NCBI GenBank assembly: GCA_964587725.1
Contig: CAZPLO010000001.1
Coordinates: 32,001 to 96,000 of the forward strand
Source of the DNA: an uncultured archaeon
GTDB lineage: Archaea; Altiarchaeota; Altiarchaeia; IMC4; SCGC-AAA252-I15
Direction: 5' to 3'
DNA length: 64,000 bases
Below are positions 57,231 through 64,000 of this stretch, piece after piece. A model generated the notes under the pieces. That model worked only from the letters and a program-made list of their open reading frames with translations. It was not told the origin of the DNA and did no database searches. Each line of letters opens with the position of its first letter. Within the stretch, counting starts at the first letter, position 1. The translations under genes and the position numbers were made by a program.

Positions 57231-57800
57231 TTAAATACCCGCCACCACCCGAATGCTAACCAGCAGACACAACACCGTAATAATGTCCCCCACCGTAGCC
57301 AGCGACGGAGCCAAAACGTTGTCGGGGTCGTATCCGCGGGAGTACGTTAGGAGCGCCAGAGACACCGTCAACCCGGACAGCAGCATGCCGGCGAAAGTGC
57401 CCGCCAGCAGAGCAATCAGGGTTAAATCAAATATGCTGGCTGGGGCCTTGTCTGCGAACCCGGTGAAGGAGTATGCAAAATACGCCGCCACACCGGAGAA
57501 AAAGGACATGATGGTGTTGAGGATGAGGGAGGCTAGTAAGTTTTCGGAAAGCGTCTGGTTCCACTTCAGCTCCGGTTGAATCAAACCCAGGTGGAGGGCG
57601 GACGCGATTCGGGAACCCAGAGCACCGCTTATGTTGCCGCGCATGCCCAACACCGCAGGCAACAGGATGAGAACCCCCGGCACGTCGGTCAACTCCGTCT
57701 TCAGCGACTCCAGCATCAACCCCGCCACCACACCGCCCAATGCACACAACATGAATATGGGTATGCTCTGCTTCAGTATACTCTTCGCCATGGCGGGCAT
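57231..57800 (-). CDS. MgtE integral membrane domain protein
   Basis: GMRGNISGALGSR, DPDNV..P..TVGD. Confidence 0.88.
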   Translation of the reverse strand: MPAMAKSILKQSIPIFMLCALGGVVAGLMLESLKTELTDVPGVLILLPAVLGMRGNISGALGSRIASALHLGLIQPELKWNQTLSENLLASLILNTIMSFFSGVAAYFAYSFTGFADKAPASIFDLTLIALLAGTFAGMLLSGLTVSLALLTYSRGYDPDNVLAPSLATVGDIITVLCLLVSIRVVAGI

Positions 57801-57830
57801 AACAATATATAAGACACATATAATAAGAAG

Positions 57831-58253
57831 ATGAGGTCCAGAAGGGTTGAATCAACAGGGGAATACGTTTGCAGGCTCACGCACGACGCCGACGGACTGG
57901 AGGATATAAAAACTTTCGCGGCGGAGAACAACATAACGTCGGGTGTGTTCACGCTCATAGGCGCGGTGCAGTCCGCTTCCATAGGATACTACGACCAGAA
58001 CGAGCATGTGTACCGGAAGCGGCAAATCAACGAGGCTTTGGAGATTGTGTCCTGCACAGGAAACATATGCTTGAAAGACGGCGAAGCGTTCGTCCACGCC
58101 CACGCCGTCCTCGCATACGAAGACGGCAGCACGGTGGGAGGACACCTCACTGCGATGAAGGTATTCGCGGGGGAAATGCACCTGAAGGCTTTCGAGAAAC
58201 CTGTGGAGAGGGTGCCGGACGACGAGACAAGCCTCAGCCTAATGAACCTGTAA
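57831..58253 (+). CDS. PPC/DUF296 domain protein
   Basis: IGAV, EIVSCTGNI, HAHAVL, GGHL. Confidence 0.9.
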   Translation: MRSRRVESTGEYVCRLTHDADGLEDIKTFAAENNITSGVFTLIGAVQSASIGYYDQNEHVYRKRQINEALEIVSCTGNICLKDGEAFVHAHAVLAYEDGSTVGGHLTAMKVFAGEMHLKAFEKPVERVPDDETSLSLMNL

Positions 58254-59138
58254 TATGGATAGGAATATCATCTCCAGCAGGCTGCCGAAGTAGATGGTAG
58301 CTAATAGGCTGAGGAACAGTATGGGAGCGAACTTCACACCCCACTTGATTTCCATCGTCTCCGGCAGCTTACCCGCCGCCGAAAACTCCCGTATCCTGGC
58401 CAGCTGCTCGGGAGTAACACCCTCGATATTCCTCTTAGAGGCTATCTTGACCCCGTCAACCACGACGTCCTCTGCGACGATGTCCCATTCCCTCATATCC
58501 GACACCCTAACGGTCTTCCGCAATACTGTGTTCTCCACGGTCTTCATATACACGGAAGCCATGACAAGAAGAGGCACCAGCAGGTATATGAGGGACAAAG
58601 TGCTGAAGCCGAAGTACAGGGCTATCAAGAGTGGGGTGAAACTCAATAGCAGAGCCAGCATCACCTTGCGCTCGCGAAGGTTGTTCGAGAACGCGGTGAA
58701 CGCATGCGGCTTCATAAACCCCAATACGAGAGTGTACAGTATCACATACGGCGTGGACAACACAGCCATGTTTATAAAATAGGTAAATCCAGGAGGTATG
58801 GGGTGGGTGACGAATGAACTCAGCGGCCACACATACCCCGTAGAGTCCAGGTAGCCTATGAGGCAGCCGACACCCGCCAGCAGTTTCACGTCGCCGCCGC
58901 CCCACTGGCCGAGCACGAACAATGCGTAGCCGACCGCCAGCATGACAGCCCCCATGTACGCAGACCGGAGTATGTGGTGTATGTTGCCATCCGATACCGT
59001 GTGAACCAACGCCAGCAACAGCAGTAAAGCCGCCAATCCGACGCTACATATTTCAGGTATCTCGCTTGTTTTGAGGTCCTCTATACTGGCCCATAGAAGA
59101 GCGACGAGCGACAACCCTATGGCGACGGCAGGTAACAT
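58239..59138 (-). CDS. Prepilin/prearchaellin peptidase (A24, FlaK/PibD/EppA family)
   Basis: EDLKTSEIP, WGGGDVKLL, KFAPILF; multi-TM. Confidence 0.88.
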   Translation of the reverse strand: MLPAVAIGLSLVALLWASIEDLKTSEIPEICSVGLAALLLLLALVHTVSDGNIHHILRSAYMGAVMLAVGYALFVLGQWGGGDVKLLAGVGCLIGYLDSTGYVWPLSSFVTHPIPPGFTYFINMAVLSTPYVILYTLVLGFMKPHAFTAFSNNLRERKVMLALLLSFTPLLIALYFGFSTLSLIYLLVPLLVMASVYMKTVENTVLRKTVRVSDMREWDIVAEDVVVDGVKIASKRNIEGVTPEQLARIREFSAAGKLPETMEIKWGVKFAPILFLSLLATIYFGSLLEMIFLSILQVH

Positions 59139-59263
59139 CTCAACAGAATATTTGAGCCCCAGCGAATATAAACAATATTTTAAAAATAGTTTGGAATAAA
59201 GTATAAACTATTGATAAAGCCGTCACACCTGGCTTTTTAAGCCAGGTTTTCCTATTCTGTTCC

Positions 59264-59740
59264 ATGAGGAGCGCAACCCTAGTTATTTTTATCCTTCTGA
59301 CTTCAACAGCGTCCGCACAGACTGGAATCTGCTTCCTCGACGCGCTGATAAACGGCCTCGACACATTGGTTGACGCGTACTCGAACCTGCTGAACCCCAC
59401 AACCACGACAACCACGACAACAAGTACAACCACCACAACCACCACGACCACGACAACCACGACGGTCTCTTACACAACAACCACCAGCACAACCACCACG
59501 ACCACGACAACAACCATTTCAACCGGCGAGTGCATCAGCAGGGAGGACTGTCCGGAAGACAGCGAAACATACACCTGCAACTTCGCAGGCAACGTGGTCA
59601 GGAGCACCCGCGTATACTTCTGCAGCAACCCCGGCATGCCCGATTCACAGTGCAAGAGCAGGCTCACCACCAGGGAGATAGCCCTCTGCGGAAACGATGA
59701 AATATGCGTGGAAGGCGAACCCAAATGCGTCCCAGAATAA
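59264..59740 (+). CDS. Small secreted Thr-rich/Cys-rich protein
   Basis: Signal peptide, poly-Thr, ECISREDC...C..GEPKC. Confidence 0.7.
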   Translation: MRSATLVIFILLTSTASAQTGICFLDALINGLDTLVDAYSNLLNPTTTTTTTTSTTTTTTTTTTTTTVSYTTTTSTTTTTTTTTISTGECISREDCPEDSETYTCNFAGNVVRSTRVYFCSNPGMPDSQCKSRLTTREIALCGNDEICVEGEPKCVPE

Positions 59741-60114
59741 GTAGATTAAATGGATTCTGGCGCCCACAAGCCAAAACCCCCAGTAGGAGCACATTGTTTA
59801 GTTACATAGTCGTGTTGCACTAGCATACATATTGCGTGTGGGCGGTTTGGTTGATTAAAAGCATACTCGTATTGACGTTGTTTTTGGTTGTGGGGGTTTA
59901 CCTTCACCATGGCTCTCCACGGGCGTAGCCAACGACGGCGAATACCTGTACCCACGCACCGTGGTGTCAAACGCCTATTCCTCTATACTGCCGTCCCTCA
60001 AAAGCAGGCACGTGTGCCCCAGAACCGGGAAACACTGCTACTACAACGACCACCTCGGATGCGAACACTTCCAGGGCCTCGAAAACAACAGGGTAGTGTG
60101 CTCATACCTGGAGC

Positions 60115-60432
60115 ATGGAACAGGCTCAACGCCTCAGCTCAGGGGGGAACGGGAAATTAAGCACCGAAATAGACCAGCTCGCCTCCCTCATACACAAGCA
60201 CATGAAAGTCGTATTCGACCTTAAGCTGGTGAAACATTTGAACAGCAAACCAGCAAGAATATATCAGCACCTGAAGTGCCTGGAGAAATACAAGTTCATA
60301 CAGATGGGGATGGACCCCGTCTACGGCGTAACAGTAGAATGGAAGGACGAGTCGGACCTCATATCCAACGGCTACAGCCAGTCCTCCATAAAAAACGAAC
60401 TCTCCAACAGGGGCAGAATAAGGCTGTCATAA
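60115..60432 (+). CDS. Hypothetical protein, possibly winged-helix or a gene fragment
   Basis: Coding-like codons; LVKHLNSKPARIYQHLKCLEKYKFI. Confidence 0.35.
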   Translation: MEQAQRLSSGGNGKLSTEIDQLASLIHKHMKVVFDLKLVKHLNSKPARIYQHLKCLEKYKFIQMGMDPVYGVTVEWKDESDLISNGYSQSSIKNELSNRGRIRLS

Positions 60433-60832
60433 CCTGGACCTCGCTTCTTCGGCGGCCACCGGCCTAGCCACACTGCTCCTAATAGGAACGTATTATCTGA
60501 CTTTCGTGGATGTTATGGCTGCTGGCCCTCCAGAAAAGCCGTCCGCATACGTTGAAACCATGGAGACAGTGGAATCCACGTCAACAACGGTTAGGACAAG
60601 GGATGCTGAGAGACGGACTGTGGAAGACAACTTCGACGGGTCTAACGAAGACGTGAACGTGGACGAGGGGGCGGCGGCGTACGTAACCACCACAGTACCC
60701 AAAGGGGTTGAGAGTAATCCTGTCAAAGAGCATGTGGACGGGTTTCAGCTGCCTGCTTCGGTGGGGTTCATAGTGTTGGGTGCATTAGTTCTATTGATAG
60801 TGGGTGACGCGGTGAGGGTTTCCAGGGGAGTG

Positions 60833-60855
60833 AAAAAAAAAAAAAAAAAGAAAAG
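60833..60855 (-). terminator. Oligo-T terminator downstream of thermosome gene
   Basis: A17 run plus GAAAAG on + strand (T-tract on -), just after the stop at 60869. Confidence 0.55.
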
Positions 60856-60868
60856 AGGGAATGGACGG

Positions 60869-62521
60869 TTACATCATGTCCATTCCGCCCATGCCGCCGG
60901 GCGGCATACCGCCACCTGGGGGCATGCCGCCGCCCCTGGGCTTGCTGGATGCGATGACATCGTCTATGCGGAGTATCATCTCCGCAGCCTCGCCCGCGGA
61001 CTTGATGGCCTGGGTCTTAATCTTCAACGGCTCGATGATGCCCTTGACCCACAGGTCGGCTATCTTCGCCTTGTCCACGTAGACGCCCACCTTGGAGCCG
61101 TCCTTCTCCTCGTGCTTGGCCCGCATCTTCACCAAGGCGTCGATGGCGTCCATTCCCGCGCTCTCGGCGAGCGTCCTGGGGATTATCTCCATGGCGTCGG
61201 CGAACGCGTTAACAGCCAGCTGCTCGCGGCCTCCCACGGTGTCGGCGTATTTCCTCAGCTTCTGCGCCACCTCAATCTCGGGCGCGCCTCCGCCGGGGAC
61301 CACGTAGCCTACCTCAACCGCGGCCGCTACGCCGCCGAGGGCGTCGTTGACTGCCCTTTCAACTTCGTCGACGACGTGTTCCGTGCCGCCTCGTATCAGG
61401 AAGCTCACCGCCTTAGGGTTCTTGCACCCGCGGACGAACACCATCTCGTCCCCGGATATCTTCAGCTCCTCGACCACCTTCGCGGAACCGAGATCCGACT
61501 TGGTCAGGTCCTTGATGCTGGTGAGGACCCGTGCGCCGGTGGCCTTCGACAGCTTGTCCATGTCCGACTTCTTAACCCTGCGCACAGCAAATACTCCGGC
61601 CTTGCTGAGGAAGTGCTGTGCGAGGTCGTCGATGCCCTTCTGGCAGAACACCACGTTGGCGCCGCTCTTCACTACCTCGTCTACCATGTCCTTCAGCATG
61701 GATTCCTCCTGCTGGACGAACGCCTGCAGCTGCTCAGGACTGGTTATGCTTATCTCGGCATCGGTTTCGGTCTCCTTCACTTCTATGGCGACGTCGAGCA
61801 ACGCAATCTTAGCGTTCTCAACGCTCCTGGGCATCCCACTGTGGACGCGCTCCTTGTCTATGATAACACCCTCGATGAGTTCGCTGTCCTGCGTGGAAGC
61901 GCCCTGCTTCTTCTCCACCTGCACGTTGTCCAGGTCAACCACGAGCTTACCGTCTTCTTTTTCAGCCACCTGGCGGATGGCCTTGACGGAGAGCTTGGCC
62001 AGCATGTCCTTGCTCGCCTCCGCACCCTTCCCGGTCATGGCGGTGACCGCTATCTCCTCAAGAAGCTTCGTATCCTCCACCGTCACCTTCACAGCCATGT
62101 CGTTGAGTATGTCCTGCGCCTTCGCAGCAGCCATGCGGTATCCGAGGGCTATGATGGTGGGGTGGATGCTCTGGTCCAGCAGGTCCTCCGCCTTAGCCAG
62201 GAACTCGCCGGTCAACACCACCGCGGTGGTGGTTCCGTCTCCCACTTCGTCATCCTGGGTCTTGGCCACTTCGATGACCATCTTCGCCGCAGGATGCTCC
62301 ACATTCATCTCGTCGACGATAGTGGCGCCGTCGTTGGTTATGACGATGTCGCCCAGGTCGTCCACAAGCATCTTGTCCATTCCACGAGGCCCCAGAGTGC
62401 TTCTGACAGCCTCGGCAACAGCCTTGGCCGCCATAATGTTGTTCCTCTGGGCGTCTCTTCCTGTCGTCCTCAAAGCCCCTTCGGGCAGTATAATCACTTG
62501 TTGTCCTTGTGCCATTTTCAT
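60869..62521 (-). CDS. thsA: Thermosome (group II chaperonin) subunit
   Basis: [33 protein letters not shown] tail. Confidence 0.97.
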   Translation of the reverse strand: MKMAQGQQVIILPEGALRTTGRDAQRNNIMAAKAVAEAVRSTLGPRGMDKMLVDDLGDIVITNDGATIVDEMNVEHPAAKMVIEVAKTQDDEVGDGTTTAVVLTGEFLAKAEDLLDQSIHPTIIALGYRMAAAKAQDILNDMAVKVTVEDTKLLEEIAVTAMTGKGAEASKDMLAKLSVKAIRQVAEKEDGKLVVDLDNVQVEKKQGASTQDSELIEGVIIDKERVHSGMPRSVENAKIALLDVAIEVKETETDAEISITSPEQLQAFVQQEESMLKDMVDEVVKSGANVVFCQKGIDDLAQHFLSKAGVFAVRRVKKSDMDKLSKATGARVLTSIKDLTKSDLGSAKVVEELKISGDEMVFVRGCKNPKAVSFLIRGGTEHVVDEVERAVNDALGGVAAAVEVGYVVPGGGAPEIEVAQKLRKYADTVGGREQLAVNAFADAMEIIPRTLAESAGMDAIDALVKMRAKHEEKDGSKVGVYVDKAKIADLWVKGIIEPLKIKTQAIKSAGEAAEMILRIDDVIASSKPRGGGMPPGGGMPPGGMGGMDMM

Positions 62522-62612
62522 ACATCACCTGTTTTTATCCTCATAAAAAATCAGGAATATGTTATTGGTTTGTTTGTATATAAAAATGTGTGGGAAACGA
62601 TGGGTTTGGCTG

Positions 62613-63071
62613 TTACTCTATGCTCACCTGCCTGCCGGCGGGGCCCTCCTCCACACGCTTCAACGTGACCTCCAGGACCCCGTTGTTGTATTTGGCCACC
62701 GCAGACTCCGGAACCACCCTGCATGAGAGTTTCACGTCCTTGCTGTACTTCCTGAAAGGCGTGTCCACGCTTATGAACACGCTCTCCACGCTGGAACGCA
62801 GGTCGATGTCCTCTTTCTCGACGCCCGGCAGCTCCACAATCACCGACACCGAATCAAACTTCTCTATCACGTCCGTCACCGGCTCCATGTAGCCTGCGAC
62901 GCCGTAGGGGCTGACGTTGCCGAACTCCTCCAGCAGCGGGCTGCCGTCGCGGCCGAAACGCAGGGTGAACCCATAGACGTAAGGGCCGCCGAAGCCTGGC
63001 CTCCCAGCCACGGCCTTGGCTTCCTCGAACATCTGCCTCACCCGTGAGTGGAAGCTTCCGTAGTCCATCAT
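62613..63071 (-). CDS. hsp20: Archaeal small heat shock protein Hsp20
   Basis: GPYVYGF, EEFGNV, ELPGVEKEDI, YNNGVLEV. Confidence 0.92.
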   Translation of the reverse strand: MMDYGSFHSRVRQMFEEAKAVAGRPGFGGPYVYGFTLRFGRDGSPLLEEFGNVSPYGVAGYMEPVTDVIEKFDSVSVIVELPGVEKEDIDLRSSVESVFISVDTPFRKYSKDVKLSCRVVPESAVAKYNNGVLEVTLKRVEEGPAGRQVSIE

Positions 63072-63078
63072 ATCCTAT

Positions 63079-63984
63079 TTAGTTTGACAGTATTTTAAAC
63101 AGCTCCCGCGGAGACTTAATCTCCGACAGCTCCTCCGGAGTCAACACGGAAGTCTCGGACTTAACCCTGCGCTCGCTCACACACAACGTGTACCCTCCTA
63201 TGAGCCCTGAAACCTCGTCGAGGACGGAGAGCTTGGCCTTCAGCCGCCTCCAGTCGTTGCTGACAACGCTGAACACGCTCTCCTCAGTGCGGGCGACCAC
63301 ATCGAACGGGGCATTTGTCAAGGTCGTCCTGAAGCCTATACTCCGGAAACTCCTGCAGGCCTCCCTTTTCAATCTGGTGAGTTTGCCTGAGTCGGATGTA
63401 GACTGCACTTGAGAGTCAAATGACAAATGAAACTCCGGCTCCAGCAAGTCAGTCTCCAGCAGGCCCGCGAGACGCTCGAACACCTCCAAACTCATCCTGC
63501 CCGACCGCTCATACCTGTAGACTGACTGCTTCGACACCCCCAGCTTCTCAGCCAATGAACCCTGAGTCAACCCCCTCCTACCCCGGGCGTCGGCCAGCAT
63601 GCAGCCGTTAATGCGGACGCAGTAGTTGCCGCGGGTGGAGTACACCTTCGGCGCAGCATCGTTTGCTATTTTGTTGAACGTCGACAGATTGCTGGCGTAG
63701 ACTCCATAACGGTCGTATACGACGTCCTCGGCCAGTTTGGAGTTTTTCATGTGCTCCGCCACCACCAGCGGCGAGCCGCCGAGTATGCCGCTCACCCTCT
63801 TCAGCTCGTCGGCTGCCTGACGACTCAAACCCTCAAGGTTAGCCAGCACCTTCACCAGCAACAGGGTTTCCCCACGTTTGGCTAATACGTCGAAGCTGCT
63901 CCGCTGCCCCCTGCAGTCCACGACCTCAAAACCGGACCCAAGCAACCATTTGGCCACCGAATCCACTAAATCGGATTTAAACAT
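63079..63984 (-). CDS. Conserved archaeal HTH transcriptional regulator (COG1395-like)
   Basis: SFDVLA, KVLANLE, VYDRYG, Xre HTH LAEKLGVSKQSVYRYE, APFDVVA. Confidence 0.85.
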   Translation of the reverse strand: MFKSDLVDSVAKWLLGSGFEVVDCRGQRSSFDVLAKRGETLLLVKVLANLEGLSRQAADELKRVSGILGGSPLVVAEHMKNSKLAEDVVYDRYGVYASNLSTFNKIANDAAPKVYSTRGNYCVRINGCMLADARGRRGLTQGSLAEKLGVSKQSVYRYERSGRMSLEVFERLAGLLETDLLEPEFHLSFDSQVQSTSDSGKLTRLKREACRSFRSIGFRTTLTNAPFDVVARTEESVFSVVSNDWRRLKAKLSVLDEVSGLIGGYTLCVSERRVKSETSVLTPEELSEIKSPRELFKILSN

Positions 63985-64000
63985 CTTTTTATCTGATGAA

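Noticed and set aside
59390-59520. ACC/ACA/ACG microsatellite
   Set aside because: Encodes a poly-Thr linker with mixed codons, not a pure tandem repeat.
59741-59960. c-di-GMP riboswitch or tRNA
   Set aside because: No GEMM consensus or cloverleaf recognisable by eye.
60506-62668. 720-aa plus-strand ORF (and 399-aa ORF 61347-62546)
   Set aside because: Mostly the antisense shadow of the thermosome gene; only the first ~115 codons look like real protein.

Overview
Gene-dense, GC-rich archaeal chromosomal segment. Markers include group II chaperonin, TFE, Taw1, archaeal TpiA and FlaH/I/J. The many Thr-rich and Cys-rich surface proteins suggest a DPANN-type lineage such as Altiarchaeota; this assignment is inference. 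The window is dominated by cell-surface biology: an archaellum motor block (flaJ-flaI-flaH plus a FlaC-like gene, no archaellin in the window), a Tad-like type IV pilus locus, about 10 class III-signal (pilin-like) genes in three paralogous cassettes, a prepilin peptidase, several GT-C/GT2/GT4 glycosyltransferases including an AglB-like protein, and large putative adhesins. Embedded in it are three KaiC-like ATPases, each translationally coupled to a partner gene (one CheF-like, one Roadblock-like, one unknown). There is also an apparently intact GGDEF + HD-GYP fusion, i.e. a c-di-GMP make-and-break enzyme, which is unexpected in an archaeon. No rRNA, tRNA, CRISPR array or transposase was recognised. 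All calls come from reading motifs by eye; no database searches were run.
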